Shown: positions 51,355-62,131, counted from the stretch's first letter. The stretch: 64,000 bases of DNA from Candidatus Entotheonellaceae bacterium (GCA_965238075.1 OZ250173.1:2592001-2656000), one strand, 5' to 3'. The notes: generated by a model not told the origin, from the sequence alone. Made by a program: numbers and translations.

Positions 51355-52296
51355 TCAGTCCTGTTCTCCGCGCTCCTTTTGCAAGACTTCTTGAAGCACC
51401 TCGCGCGGCACACGCACCTCAACCCCTGCGCGTTCTTCCTGCAACAGCATGGCCGCACGCGAATCCCGTTGCCCCCAACCCTTGTTCAGCGCTTCGGTGA
51501 GTTCCGCCAGCGTCAGATTGGCAAGACGCATCGGCACGTCGAATTCCCTGCCGACCTCCACGGCCAGTGACACATCCTTGCGAGCCAGTCGGAGGGCAAA
51601 ATCGGCTGGATCGAACCGCCCCGGCAGGTAGTTTTGCGCCAGGCCGTCGAAGGTCTGCCGGCGTCCCAGGGCGCCCTGGCGGACCGCCTGCCAAAGCGCC
51701 AGCGGCTCGACGCCCGCCTTGACGCCCATGCTGAAAGTCTCGGCGAGCGCCGTCTGCAGGATGTAGCCGGTGCAATTGTGCACCAGCTTGGCGACGGAGC
51801 CCGTGCCGATGGCTCCCACATAGAACGCTTGGTCGCCGATGGCGTCAAGGACCGGCTTGCAGCGCTCGAAGACGTTCTTGTCGCCGCCGACCCAGATGGC
51901 CAGTCGGCCGGTGCGGGCGCCCAGCGGTCCGCCGCTGACCGGGGCGTCCAGCAGGTGCGCGCCGCGCGCCGTGAAGGCGTCGTGGATGCGGCGGATCAAC
52001 GTCGGCGAGTTGGTGCTCAGGTCGAAATAGACCTTGCCGGGGCTGAAGCCTGGCAAAATGCCGCGCTCGCCGAGGGCGACGGCTTCCACCTCCGGCGGCC
52101 CCGGCAGGGAGGTGAACAGGATGTCGCTGGCCTCGGCCACTTCCCGCGCGCTGTCGGCCCACACGGCGCCGGCTTCCAGGTGCGGCCCGGCGGCATCCCG
52201 GTTGATGTCGTTGACGATGAGATGGTGACCGGCTTTGAGGACGTTGAGGGCCATGCTCGACCCCATGGTTCCCAGGCCGATGAATCCGAGTTCCAT
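51355..52296 (-). CDS. Beta-hydroxyacid dehydrogenase (3-hydroxyisobutyrate/tartronate semialdehyde reductase family)
   Basis: GFIGLGTMG, LDAPVSGG, AKLVHN, F.L.LA.KD. Confidence 0.9.
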   Translation of the reverse strand: MELGFIGLGTMGSSMALNVLKAGHHLIVNDINRDAAGPHLEAGAVWADSAREVAEASDILFTSLPGPPEVEAVALGERGILPGFSPGKVYFDLSTNSPTLIRRIHDAFTARGAHLLDAPVSGGPLGARTGRLAIWVGGDKNVFERCKPVLDAIGDQAFYVGAIGTGSVAKLVHNCTGYILQTALAETFSMGVKAGVEPLALWQAVRQGALGRRQTFDGLAQNYLPGRFDPADFALRLARKDVSLAVEVGREFDVPMRLANLTLAELTEALNKGWGQRDSRAAMLLQEERAGVEVRVPREVLQEVLQKERGEQD

Positions 52297-52329
52297 GCCG
52301 TGCTCCTTCCGCTAAGTTGGCAGTCTTGT

Positions 52330-53004
52330 CTACCGTTCTCGCAGTTTTTCCAGGGAGAAATCGTCGCTGTTGATCCAGTCGCGGTAGGCGGCTTCGGCGT
52401 CCAGCACCTTGCGCGATTCGGCGATGACGTCGCGGGCGATTTCCAGTGGGATGGTGACCACGCCGTTGGCGTCGGCATGAATCAGGTCGCCGGGTTGCAC
52501 CCGAACGCGGCTTACTTCAACGGGCACCTGGGCTTCGAGAAATCCGAAGTTGCCGTGCGCCGGCACCATGCCCGGCGCGAAGTAGTGGAAGCCCATCTCT
52601 CGCACGGTGTCCACGTCGCGCACCCCGCCGTCCGTGACCAGACCGATGGTGCCCAGCCGCTGTGCCACCGTCGTCAGGCCGTCGCCGAAATGACAGCCGT
52701 GGAGTGGCTTGGGGCCCACGTCCTTCAGCACCAGCACCACGGGTTTCGGCGAGTTGTGTATCGCCTCGAAGCATTTCAGGCGCGCTTCCTTGTCGTGCAC
52801 CCGTCCGTGCGTGGTGGTGTCGAGCGTTGCGGTTACGGCGTATCCGACCATGACGCCGAGCTCGGGGAACATGCACCGGATGTCCCAGCCCATGAAGCCG
52901 TCGGTGTCGCTGCGCACCTTGAAGGGCTCAATGGCGTTGGCTATAGTAGGCGTGTCGATTTGCCGTAAAGCGTTAAATTCGCTATCGGTAAGCGCATTCT
53001 GCAC
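52330..53004 (-). CDS. RraA/HMG-CHA aldolase family protein
   Basis: DTPTIANAIE, MVGYAVT, VTDGGVRD, PGDLIHADANGV. Confidence 0.87.
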   Translation of the reverse strand: MQNALTDSEFNALRQIDTPTIANAIEPFKVRSDTDGFMGWDIRCMFPELGVMVGYAVTATLDTTTHGRVHDKEARLKCFEAIHNSPKPVVLVLKDVGPKPLHGCHFGDGLTTVAQRLGTIGLVTDGGVRDVDTVREMGFHYFAPGMVPAHGNFGFLEAQVPVEVSRVRVQPGDLIHADANGVVTIPLEIARDVIAESRKVLDAEAAYRDWINSDDFSLEKLRER

Positions 53005-53085
53005 GTCATCTTCTCCTTGGAATCGGATGCGGTCACACAGTTTCAATCGGCTGCATGAAACCTATACGGAAAGTTAGTGGACAGT

Positions 53086-53997
53086 ATGGCAACTACGGTG
53101 CTTATGACCGGCGCAACAGGGTACATTGCCAACCAGCTTTTGCCCACCTTTGCCGAGACGTACAAGATGGTGCTGGTGGACGTGAAGGAAGAGAACCGGG
53201 CGGGGGAACGCGTTGAAGGCGTCGTGCTGGCCGACCTGATTGACATGGATCGCAGCAAGTACGCGCATCTGTTCCAGGGTGTGGATGCGGTGGTGCACCT
53301 GGGCTACACGCGCCGGACGGGCGACCCGCTGGACCATTTTCACGACGAGAACCGCAACGTCGCCATGGCCTACAACGTGCTGCGCTGCGCCTATGAAGCC
53401 GGCACCTCACGCGTCGTGATCGCCAGCTCCAACCACGCCGCCGACTGGTACGAGCACAACCTCATTCACGCCGGCAAGATGGATGTCCTCGACCCGTACC
53501 GGCTGCCTTTGTCGGACAATTTCTACGGCTGGGCCAAGGCCACCTACGAGCATATGGGATTCCTGTTCGCCTGCGGCTTTGGGGATTTCGTCGATGCCAA
53601 CGGCCGTCAGCAGCACACCCGGCCCATTACCACACAGCGGAAGATGGGCGTCGTCATGGTGCGTATCGGCGCGCCGCGTGAGTTGGACCCGAGCCTGTAC
53701 CAGGGCGATCCGGCCAATTACAAGCGCGACCTCGGGGCCTACATCAGCCCGCGCGACCTCACCCAACTGATCGCCAAAGCGGTGGAAACGCCCAACATCG
53801 ACAACGAGCACGGCATTCCCTGGCAGGTCGTCTACGGCATCAGCAACAACACCCGCGCCTTCTGGTCGCTAACCAGCGCCCGCCGCGTGCTGGGTTATGA
53901 GCCGCAGGATGATTCGGAAATCAAGTTCGCCAAGGACATCCGGCAAATCCTGCACGATGCCGGGGCGCCGGGTGGCAAGGTTGGTCCGCCTGCCTAA
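53086..53997 (+). CDS. NAD-dependent epimerase/dehydrogenase (uronate dehydrogenase-like extended SDR)
   Basis: TGATGYIA, ASSNHA, YGWAK, RIG, YGISNN. Confidence 0.82.
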   Translation: MATTVLMTGATGYIANQLLPTFAETYKMVLVDVKEENRAGERVEGVVLADLIDMDRSKYAHLFQGVDAVVHLGYTRRTGDPLDHFHDENRNVAMAYNVLRCAYEAGTSRVVIASSNHAADWYEHNLIHAGKMDVLDPYRLPLSDNFYGWAKATYEHMGFLFACGFGDFVDANGRQQHTRPITTQRKMGVVMVRIGAPRELDPSLYQGDPANYKRDLGAYISPRDLTQLIAKAVETPNIDNEHGIPWQVVYGISNNTRAFWSLTSARRVLGYEPQDDSEIKFAKDIRQILHDAGAPGGKVGPPA

Positions 53998-54003
53998 ACA
54001 CCC

Positions 54004-54858
54004 TCACACTTCTGCCCACAGGCGCCGCAGGTACGCGGCGTCTTCCCGCGCCCACGCCTCCAGGTTCGGCGGCGTCTCGTCGGCATAGCCGACCTGCCGG
54101 ATAATGGACTCATCGAAACCGTACTCGGTGTGCACCGAAAATGGCCCGTCGTAGCCCAGGGCTTTCAACGCCCCCAGCGCCCGGCGCCAGTTGACCGCGC
54201 CGCTGCCGAGCTTGACGAAGCGCGGCAGAAACGGTGGCTCGCTGCCCTCTGGCTGCGGGGCGTGGAAGGCGTCCTTGACGCCGATGATCGACAGGTAATC
54301 CCGCACCATCGCCAGCCCCATGTCGTAATCCTCACCATCCAGAATCATGTGCCCCAGGTCCGGGTAAGCGCCGATCCACCGCGCGTCCAAATCCCGCAGC
54401 AGGTGCATCATGCCGGCGCAGTTGGAACCCAGCACGGGGCCGCTGTGGAGTTGGTAAACGGTCTGCACGCCGTGTTTCCGGCCGATCTCCGCGAACCGTT
54501 CCAGATTTCGACGCCCGGCGTCCACCAAAGCCCAGTAGTTGTCCCCGGGTTTGAAGGCGAAGAAGCCGAGCTTCACGCGGGGGACCCCGGCGGCAGCGCA
54601 ACCGGCGTAGAGCGGTTCGACGTCCGCTGCATTGGGATCGACCCAGGAGATGGGGGTGGTTGCCAACGGGCAGGTGAGGCCCTGATCCCGCCAGACGCGG
54701 GCAGCCTGCGGCAGCGCCGTTTCGGCGTTTTCGGGGTTGACCGGGTGGCCGGGACGCACGTTGACGTCAACGCCGTCGAAGCCCAGCGCACAAACCTTGT
54801 CGCCGAGCTCCGGAACGCTCAGGGCGTGAAAGAATTTGGAGTTCAGTACAATCTGCAT
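54004..54858 (-). CDS. Sugar phosphate isomerase/epimerase (AP endonuclease 2 TIM barrel)
   Basis: GFDGVD...RPG, DLGH, VKD, LGSGAVNW, GPFSVHTEY. Confidence 0.85.
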   Translation of the reverse strand: MQIVLNSKFFHALSVPELGDKVCALGFDGVDVNVRPGHPVNPENAETALPQAARVWRDQGLTCPLATTPISWVDPNAADVEPLYAGCAAAGVPRVKLGFFAFKPGDNYWALVDAGRRNLERFAEIGRKHGVQTVYQLHSGPVLGSNCAGMMHLLRDLDARWIGAYPDLGHMILDGEDYDMGLAMVRDYLSIIGVKDAFHAPQPEGSEPPFLPRFVKLGSGAVNWRRALGALKALGYDGPFSVHTEYGFDESIIRQVGYADETPPNLEAWAREDAAYLRRLWAEV

Positions 54859-54893
54859 AACGGATGCCGTCAAAAAAGAAGCGAAAATGGCTG

Positions 54894-54932
54894 CCCCCTC
54901 TCCCCTGGCGGGAGAGGGTTGGGGTGAGGGGG
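54894..54932. repeat. REP-like palindrome, family B
   Basis: cccctctcccctggcgggagagggttggggtgaggg. Confidence 0.75.
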
Positions 54933-54964
54933 CAATCTGGAGTGAGACACGGCCAAGAAGCGCG

Positions 54965-56290
54965 TTACGAGCCGCCGCCGGCCGCGTGCAGCGCCGTCGG
55001 AAGCGAATCGGCCAGTTCCCCCTGTTCATCGAACGGCCACGGTTCCGGCTCGCCGAGAATGTCGAAACGGTCGTCGTGGCGCAGGGCATCGGCCAGCGGT
55101 TCTGACACCTCGAAGTGCGTGACCGCCAGGGTATTTCGCACGCGCACGACGCGGCAGTCCAGCGGCTCCACCCGCGGCACGGACTTGATGGCCAGGGCGA
55201 CGGCTTCCTGTGAGGTGTTCATGATGAGGGGAATGGCGCCGCCGTCCAGGTAGGCGGAGGCGATGATGTTGGCGTAGAAGGCGCTGAAGTCGATCTTGCG
55301 GAAGAGCTTCATGGTGATCACGTCGGCCAGCGAAATGCCCGCCGCGTTGCCGTGCGAGGCGTCCGTGAGGTCCAGAACGACGATGCGCTTGACGCGCGGC
55401 GTGTCGAATCCCTCGATGCCCCGATTGTTGCGGCCCGTGACGTTGGGATCGAAGCCCGCGCCGCTGACGTTCTTGCCCATTTCTTCGATGACCAGCACGT
55501 CGATGTCGTCAATGGCGAGGCGGCCCATGGATTGCTTCGCCAGCGCCTGCAAGGCGGCCTCGCGCTCCAGCAGACGTTCGGCGGCGATGGCCTCGACGAG
55601 CATGGTGTCGTCGTGGGCGTTCTCCACAATGCCGATGCCGAATCGGAAGGGCGCCTCGCGCATGATGAGACGAGCGGCGGCAGGCAGCACCTCGGGAAAG
55701 TGGTCCATGCCCTGGCTGTGCAGCGTGGTGGCGCCGCGAATTTTCCCCATGCCGATGGTCATCATCTTGACGATGCCGCTCTCGATGTTGCCGCGGAAAC
55801 TGGTGTGGGGCTTGATGCGATTGACCAGCACGATGCCGTCGGCTTCCGCCGCATAAGCGTCGGCGTGGACCGGCAGGCCGCTTTCCAGTTGCCCTAGCAC
55901 CTTGGTGTCCATGGTGGCGCGGATGGGAGCGCCCACCGCCGCCTCGGTCAGACCGTAGTCTTCCAGCACTTGTCGCTGACCGGCGGCGTTGCTGGCGCCG
56001 TGGCTGCCCATGGCCGGAAACAGGAAGGGATCGCCGCCGAGCGATTTGATGCCGTCCACGACCGCCTTGACGATGGCCTGGATGTTGGCGATGCCGCGGC
56101 TGCTGCAGCCAATGGCGATGCGCTCGCCCGGCTTGATCTTGGCGGCGATTTCAGGCTTCTTGAACTGCTCGGCGACGGTCTCGGAAATGTTGTCCACGCG
56201 CGTGGTCTGGGCCTTCTGCCGTACCGGCACCATGCGGGGCAGGGGGATCTCCAGACCGCCGGCGATATTGACGTCGATGCGCTCGATCAT
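54965..56290 (-). CDS. LarA-like (lactate racemase domain/DUF2088) protein
   Basis: SSRGIANI, PAMGSHG, NRIKPHT.F, ESGIVKM, GKNVSGAG.DPN, SHGNA.G. Confidence 0.8.
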   Translation of the reverse strand: MIERIDVNIAGGLEIPLPRMVPVRQKAQTTRVDNISETVAEQFKKPEIAAKIKPGERIAIGCSSRGIANIQAIVKAVVDGIKSLGGDPFLFPAMGSHGASNAAGQRQVLEDYGLTEAAVGAPIRATMDTKVLGQLESGLPVHADAYAAEADGIVLVNRIKPHTSFRGNIESGIVKMMTIGMGKIRGATTLHSQGMDHFPEVLPAAARLIMREAPFRFGIGIVENAHDDTMLVEAIAAERLLEREAALQALAKQSMGRLAIDDIDVLVIEEMGKNVSGAGFDPNVTGRNNRGIEGFDTPRVKRIVVLDLTDASHGNAAGISLADVITMKLFRKIDFSAFYANIIASAYLDGGAIPLIMNTSQEAVALAIKSVPRVEPLDCRVVRVRNTLAVTHFEVSEPLADALRHDDRFDILGEPEPWPFDEQGELADSLPTALHAAGGGS

Positions 56291-56519
56291 GGCATGCACT
56301 CTCTCGTGTTTGAGTGGGGTAGGGCGGGGTTCAAGGGCGAACGAGGCGCTAGTATACCACGCCCCACCGAGCCCGCTGCCGGGCGCCCGCGCGGGCTTTG
56401 GCGGACGGGTTGAGACGAAAATTTCTATAGGCACTTGGCGGCGTTTGCCCTATGATGGCGCGTCCTGTAAGCCTCACATCATCCACGCGGGGCGGCGCCC
56501 CGTCATAAGGTGGCCGATT

Positions 56520-58109
56520 ATGACGTTTGATCTGTTAATCAGACACGGTACGGTAATCGACGGCGCCGGGCGCCCGGGTGTGGCTGCCGACGTCGGCGTC
56601 AGCGGCGGGCGGGTCACCGCGGTGGCTCCTGCGTTGGAAGGCGACGCGGCGCGCGACATCGACGCCAGCGGCCGTGTCGTGGCGCCGGGGTTCATCGACG
56701 CGCACACCCATTCGGACTTCACCCTGTTGAGTACGCCCGGCGCCGACAGCAAGGTGCGCCAGGGCATCACCACCGAGGTCGTTGGCAACTGCGGCTTCTC
56801 GCCGGCGCCGGTGGCGCCGCAGACGCTTGGTTTGCTGAAGGAATACGTCGGTTTTCTGAACGCCGACCTGCCCTGGAACTGGCAGCGGCTGGGTGAGTAT
56901 TATCAGCGCGTCAGCGATCAGGGCTGCGCCTTGAACCTGGTGCCGCTCGTTGGTCACGGCGCCGTTCGCATCGCCGTCATGGGATTTGCCGATCGGGCTC
57001 CCAGCGCCGACGAATTGGTGCACATGCAGCGTCTCGTGGGCGAGGCTATGGAGGACGGCGCCTTCGGTCTGTCCTCGGGTCTGATCTACACCCCCGGATG
57101 CTACGGCGACACAGCCGAGCTCGTTGCCCTGGCGCAGGTCGCGCGGCAGGCCGGCGGCGTTTACGCCACGCACATGCGGGGCGAGGGCGGCACGCTCGAG
57201 GAGGCCATCTCCGAGGCTCTGAGCGTTGGCGAAGAAGCTAGCATCCCGGTGCAGATATCCCACCTGAAGGCGTCCGGACGCGAGAATTGGGGCAAGATGG
57301 AACGGGCGCTGCACATGATCGAGGCGGGGCGGGAACGCGGCATCGCGGTGACCGCGGACATCTATCCCTACATCGCGGGCAGCACGACGATGACCAGCCT
57401 GTTCCCGGCCTGGACGCTGGAGGGCGGTATGGATCGCTTCCTGGCCCGCATCGGCGACCGGGACACGCGGCAGCGCATCATTGATGAGGTGCAGGGCGGC
57501 GGCGCGGGCTGGTCGCGGGCCACGGGGTCGCTGGGTTGGGACGACATTTTGGTGGCGTCCTGCCAGCAGCAGAAGCAGTTCGAGGGCTGCACGGTGGCGC
57601 AGATTGCCGATGCCATGGGGAAGGAACCGCCCGAGGCCATGATGGATTTCCTGCTGGCCGAACAGGGCAAGGTGGCGGTGGTGCTGTTCATGATGTGCGA
57701 GGAAAACGTCGCCCGCGGCATTGCGCACCCGCTGTTGATGATCGGCTCCGATTCCCTGGCGCTGGCCGCGGGGCAGGGCGGCAAGCCGCATCCGCGCACT
57801 TACGGCACGTTTCCGCGCGTGCTGGGGAAGTACGTACGCGACGAACGCCTCCTCAGCCTCGAAGAAGGCATCCGCAAAATGACCTCTATGGCGGCGGACA
57901 CGTTCGGCCTCGGCGACCGCGGCGTACTCGCCAAGGGCAAGGCGGCGGACATCACGATTTTCGATGCGGCGACCGTTGCCGACCAGGCCACCTTCGGCGA
58001 GCCGCACCAGTATTCCATCGGCATTGATTACGTGATCGTCAACGGCCAGGTTGTCGTTGAGCACGGCGTGCAACACCCGGTTTTGCCCGGTCAGGTGTTG
58101 CGGAAGTAG
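56520..58109 (+). CDS. N-acyl-D-amino-acid deacylase (D-aminoacylase)
   Basis: PGFIDAHTHSD, GNCG.S, THMRGE, SHLK, IGSD, PHPRTYGTFPR. Confidence 0.9.
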   Translation: MTFDLLIRHGTVIDGAGRPGVAADVGVSGGRVTAVAPALEGDAARDIDASGRVVAPGFIDAHTHSDFTLLSTPGADSKVRQGITTEVVGNCGFSPAPVAPQTLGLLKEYVGFLNADLPWNWQRLGEYYQRVSDQGCALNLVPLVGHGAVRIAVMGFADRAPSADELVHMQRLVGEAMEDGAFGLSSGLIYTPGCYGDTAELVALAQVARQAGGVYATHMRGEGGTLEEAISEALSVGEEASIPVQISHLKASGRENWGKMERALHMIEAGRERGIAVTADIYPYIAGSTTMTSLFPAWTLEGGMDRFLARIGDRDTRQRIIDEVQGGGAGWSRATGSLGWDDILVASCQQQKQFEGCTVAQIADAMGKEPPEAMMDFLLAEQGKVAVVLFMMCEENVARGIAHPLLMIGSDSLALAAGQGGKPHPRTYGTFPRVLGKYVRDERLLSLEEGIRKMTSMAADTFGLGDRGVLAKGKAADITIFDAATVADQATFGEPHQYSIGIDYVIVNGQVVVEHGVQHPVLPGQVLRK

Positions 58110-58121
58110 CGGGGGGAAGGG

Positions 58122-59291
58122 ATGTCTCAAACCACGTTAGCTGATCCCCTGGCGGCGGCGATTGACCTGCTGCCCCAGGTGCGGGCGGCGCGCGACGAGT
58201 TGGAAGAGATTCGTCACATACCGAGCGCCCTGGCGCGGGCGATCGGCGATGCCGGGCTGTTCCAGCTTTATCTTCCGAGCGCCATCGGCGGTGCGGAAAC
58301 CCCGCCGCTGAAGACGTTCCGGGTGATTGAAGAGTTCTCCAAAGCCGAAGGGTCGGTGGGCTGGTGCGTCATGATCGCCAACAGCGTCTCGTTGTTCACC
58401 GGCTGGCTGGCACCGGACGTCGCGCGCGACATGTTTGGGCAGCCGCCCGTGGTGCGCATGGCCGGCTCGGTGCGGCCTGAAGGCAAGGCGTGGGCCGTGG
58501 ACGGCGGCTACCGCGTGACGGGGCAATGGAATTTCGCTAGCGGGGTGCATCACGCCAACTGGCTGTTCTGCACGTGCACCGTCATGGACGGCGACACGCC
58601 GCGTCGGTCTGCCAACCAGGCGCCCGTGATCCGTTCGATGTACATCCCGGCCGAAAATGCCACGATCGAGGACACCTGGTCGGTGGTCGGCATGTGCGGC
58701 ACCGGAAGCCACGATTTCGTGATCGACGACGTCTTCGTGCCGGAGGCGCACGCCTTTTCGCTCTATGAACCGCCCAAGGTTGTCGCGCCCCTGTATAACC
58801 CGCGCCTGGTTATGGTCGCCGCCTGGACGAACACCGCGGCCAACGCCTTGGGCATCGCCCGGGGCGCCATGGACACCTTTGTCGAGTTGGCGAGCCGTTC
58901 CGGCTCGACGAACTCGGCCACGCTGTTGCGCGACCGGCCTTTGGTGCAGTCGCGTATCGCCGAAGCGGAGGCCATCCTGGGCGCGGCGCGGGCCTATGTG
59001 CTGGAATCGGTGGGGGCGGCGTGGGATGCGGTGTGTGAACAGGCACCCGATCCGGGCCCGGAGATCGCCCGGGCACGGCTCGCCATCACGCACGCCATGC
59101 ACGAAGCGGTGCGGGCCGTGGACTTGGTGTTCCACACTGCCGGCACCAATGCCGTGTATCGCAAACACCCGCTGGAGCGTTATTTCCGGGACATCCACGT
59201 TGCCGTGCAGCATGCCGCCGGGCTGGCGTCGCACGTCGAATCGGCGGGGAAGGCGCTGTTGGGGTTGCGCCCGATGGACCTGGGTTGGTGA
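58122..59291 (+). CDS. Acyl-CoA dehydrogenase-fold flavin monooxygenase component (HsaA/IacA-like)
   Basis: GSVGWC, WNFASG, TW.VVGMCGTGSHD, LERYFRD.H...QH. Confidence 0.85.
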   Translation: MSQTTLADPLAAAIDLLPQVRAARDELEEIRHIPSALARAIGDAGLFQLYLPSAIGGAETPPLKTFRVIEEFSKAEGSVGWCVMIANSVSLFTGWLAPDVARDMFGQPPVVRMAGSVRPEGKAWAVDGGYRVTGQWNFASGVHHANWLFCTCTVMDGDTPRRSANQAPVIRSMYIPAENATIEDTWSVVGMCGTGSHDFVIDDVFVPEAHAFSLYEPPKVVAPLYNPRLVMVAAWTNTAANALGIARGAMDTFVELASRSGSTNSATLLRDRPLVQSRIAEAEAILGAARAYVLESVGAAWDAVCEQAPDPGPEIARARLAITHAMHEAVRAVDLVFHTAGTNAVYRKHPLERYFRDIHVAVQHAAGLASHVESAGKALLGLRPMDLGW

Positions 59292-59302
59292 TTGGTGTGG
59301 GC

Positions 59303-59405
59303 ATCACTCCGGCGAAAGAACGTTACCCCGGACCTGATCCGGGGCCGGAGTGCAGTGGCTTTCCGGGGAATAAGGTCGCTGGATTACGGCGTGCGCCGGA
59401 ATGAC
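59303..59405. repeat. Palindromic repeat, family A
   Basis: atcactccggcgaaagaacgttaccccggacctgatccggggccggagt...gccggaatgac. Confidence 0.8.
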
Positions 59406-59480
59406 CATTTGAAGGCGCGGGGAGATTGCCAAGGGCAAAGTAGAGACCCTTGGCAATCGGGTTCGCAGGCTTAGGTTTAT

Positions 59481-59996
59481 CTATTCAACCATCTTCTTGA
59501 TGTTGTCCAAGCCCGTCTGGTAAATGCCGCGCAGGGCTTCGGCCATCTCAGCGCCACCGTCTTCATAGGTGTCGGCGTCGATCTGACCTATCCACTCGAC
59601 GACGGAGGTTCCCGGGTCCGTTGCGGGGTACACCCTGATCGTGGAACGGTAGCGGGCGTCGGTCAGGAAGCCCTTGCTCATGACGTAGGTGTAATGGCTC
59701 GGACCTTGGTCGACCATGGGTTCGTCGATCTTCACACCGTCTTCGAGCGTGAGGTAGCGGATCGAACCAACTCCCTTGTCGTTGGTCATGACGCAATCCA
59801 CGACAATGGGCACGAATTTGGGTAAGTCGCAGAAGCCACCGACCTGTTCCCACACGGCTTCGGTGGTGGCATTCACCTGGATCCAGGTGTATATGTTGAG
59901 GTTCTTCGCATACGCCGTGCCGGCGCCTAGCATCAGGGTGACGGCCGCTACGCCGATCAGGCGGCGCATCGTCCGCTGCAGGTACGTCTGATTCAT
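59481..59996 (-). CDS. Secreted SRPBCC/polyketide cyclase-like (MxaD-like) protein
   Basis: Signal peptide AYA-K, VWEQVGGFC, GSIRYLTL.DG, IYQTGLDNIK. Confidence 0.8.
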   Translation of the reverse strand: MNQTYLQRTMRRLIGVAAVTLMLGAGTAYAKNLNIYTWIQVNATTEAVWEQVGGFCDLPKFVPIVVDCVMTNDKGVGSIRYLTLEDGVKIDEPMVDQGPSHYTYVMSKGFLTDARYRSTIRVYPATDPGTSVVEWIGQIDADTYEDGGAEMAEALRGIYQTGLDNIKKMVE

Positions 59997-60200
59997 TTCC
60001 AGCTTTCCTCCTCGCTTCCCTCCGATTGATTTCGCCTATTCTGACTTTCCGTAAAACAGGCGGCTACTGAGCGGGCGGCAGAATAGCCGTTGCTATCCCA
60101 GGGGTCAATACCCCGGTTGCGTTGCGGGAAGAGTTGGCATAAGGTGAGACCCGCTGCAGGGACATCGTGTCAGGACAGGCGATCACAAGGAGAACCAGCC

Positions 60201-60632
60201 ATGGCGAAGATTAAGCACATTGCCCTTTCGACGCAGAACCCGGACGAAACGGCCAAGTTTTACACCGAGGTGTTCGGCCTGGAAGAAATCGCCAAGCTCG
60301 ACGGGCCGGGGGCTTCCGGTTACTACCTCAGCGACGGCGACATCAACATCGCGATTCTCAAATTCAAGAACGACGCCGTGGCCGGAACGGAGCGCGGCAA
60401 GGAATGGAGCGGCCTGCACCACATCGGTTTTCAGGTGGAAAGCCTGGAGGACATCGCGGCCAAGCTGACCGCCGCCGACGCGGCGCCGCGCGATGACATC
60501 AACCAGGCGCTCAGGGTGGGGATGGGACGCCCGCATCATGCCAACGTCGAGGTCAAATACAGCGGACCGGACGGCGTCATTGTCGACGTATCGGAAACTG
60601 GCTGGGTGGGCACCTCGCCGCTGAAGACCTGA
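60201..60632 (+). CDS. VOC/glyoxalase family protein
   Basis: KIKHIAL, FYTEVFGL, GLHHIGFQVE, GPDGVIVDVS. Confidence 0.88.
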   Translation: MAKIKHIALSTQNPDETAKFYTEVFGLEEIAKLDGPGASGYYLSDGDINIAILKFKNDAVAGTERGKEWSGLHHIGFQVESLEDIAAKLTAADAAPRDDINQALRVGMGRPHHANVEVKYSGPDGVIVDVSETGWVGTSPLKT

Positions 60633-60636
60633 TCCC

Positions 60637-61257
60637 CTATGGCTGTCCCCACAGCAATCCTTCCAGGGCCGCCAGGCACGACGCCGTGTCCTCAAACACG
60701 ATGCCGTGCATGCCTAGCGCCCGCGCGGCTTCGACGTTCACCGGCAGGTCGTCGATAAACACGCAGGCGGACGCCGGCAGGGCGAGCATTCCAAGGATGG
60801 CTTCATACGCCGCGGCGTCCGGCTTCATCACGCCAATCTCGGCGGAAATGGCGACGTGGTCGAAACGCCGCACCAGGTCCTGCGCCTCAAGCATGCCGCG
60901 CAGGTCGGTGCTGAAGTTGCTCAGCAGTCCCAACGCCATACCCTGTTGCCGCAGTCGGTCGATGCAGGCCAACAGTCGTTGATTGAGAACGTCCCCGCCG
61001 TAAAACGACGCCCGCAGCCCGCGCAATTGCGATTTGCTCAGCCCCAACGCCTCACCTACCGCCTGCCAGTGCGCGTCCGATCGGATGCTGCCGTTTTGCG
61101 CCGCCACCCACAACCGCTTGTCGTGCACCGTCGCCGTCAAGGTGCCCGGCGTCAGGCCGAGGTCGCGTTCCCAGGCCGCCCGCGGTTCCGGATCGACAGT
61201 CCGGGCCAAGACGCCGCCGTAGTCGAAGATCACGGCCTCGATGCCACCGCCCCGCAT
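60637..61257 (-). CDS. HAD-family phosphatase
   Basis: FDYGGVL, LSN, KPD, FIDD...NVEAA..LG. Confidence 0.88.
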   Translation of the reverse strand: MRGGGIEAVIFDYGGVLARTVDPEPRAAWERDLGLTPGTLTATVHDKRLWVAAQNGSIRSDAHWQAVGEALGLSKSQLRGLRASFYGGDVLNQRLLACIDRLRQQGMALGLLSNFSTDLRGMLEAQDLVRRFDHVAISAEIGVMKPDAAAYEAILGMLALPASACVFIDDLPVNVEAARALGMHGIVFEDTASCLAALEGLLWGQP

Positions 61258-61277
61258 GTAGGATTCCTCATCAAGCT

Positions 61278-61368
61278 GTGGGTCGGATTAGCGAAGCGTA
61301 ATCCGACATTCCACTGTCGCCCCATAGGCTTCTTCTGTCGGGTTAGACCTACGGCTAACCCGACCTAC
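61278..61368. repeat. GTAG-type REP pair, family C
   Basis: gtgggtcggattagcgaagcgtaatccgaca and inverted tgtcgggttagacctacggctaacccgacctac. Confidence 0.8.
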
Positions 61369-62131
61369 TTGAAGCCGCCAGTCCACACATGATTCAATCC
61401 GACACGGAAATGCTCCAACCCGAGGGCAGGGCTAACCAAGTGCAGATGTCAATACCGCATAGCCTGCCGAAGAACCGCGAGGCGTCCCAGGGCAGGGCGC
61501 TGCTGGTTCGGACTTGCGCTTCCCTGGCTGTACGTCTGAACAGTTGGGAACGTTCTCCGAGGACGTGCGGGTTATGAACGAGGACACCAAGTCCATGAAC
61601 TCGGCGATCTCCGACGATACCTCAGCCGGTATTGCAACCGAATCCCTCACCGCGGTGCATACAAATTACCAGGATCCCTCCCGTTGGAACCATTTTTCAG
61701 GCCAAGCTACAAACACCTGCAACGAGACCATGCGCGTCACGTATGGGTACCATACAAGATTGGATGGGACACCCGGTCAAGTCCCGTGGTGTACACCCGG
61801 GCACGCAGGGCTCAGGTCGGGAGCAACGACGCTTTCTCCCTGGCAAAGTGAACCCGTCGCCTCTTTAACCTGCGGGCATCTCGATCAGGTGGTGTGCCTG
61901 TAGCGATGCGCACACTCGGGCAGCGTTTGCTGAACCGATAGGTCTGGGAGTTCACGATTGCAGGCGTCGATGCGTTTCTCGGTAGCTGACCTGCGTCCAT
62001 CCATCGAGCGGTCGATGAACGTTTCGAGCCCCGGTAGTTCCCCTGTAACCCCTGCTGAAAAACCGTCTCCGTTCCAAGAGCCCAACTTCTGATAACCCCG
62101 GCTTATGTGAACCTCTAGGCGGTGGCGCGAA

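Noticed and set aside
55989-56519. N-terminal extension of the D-aminoacylase ORF
   Set aside because: It overlaps the LarA-like gene antisense; the family N-terminus begins at MTFDLLIRHG (56520).
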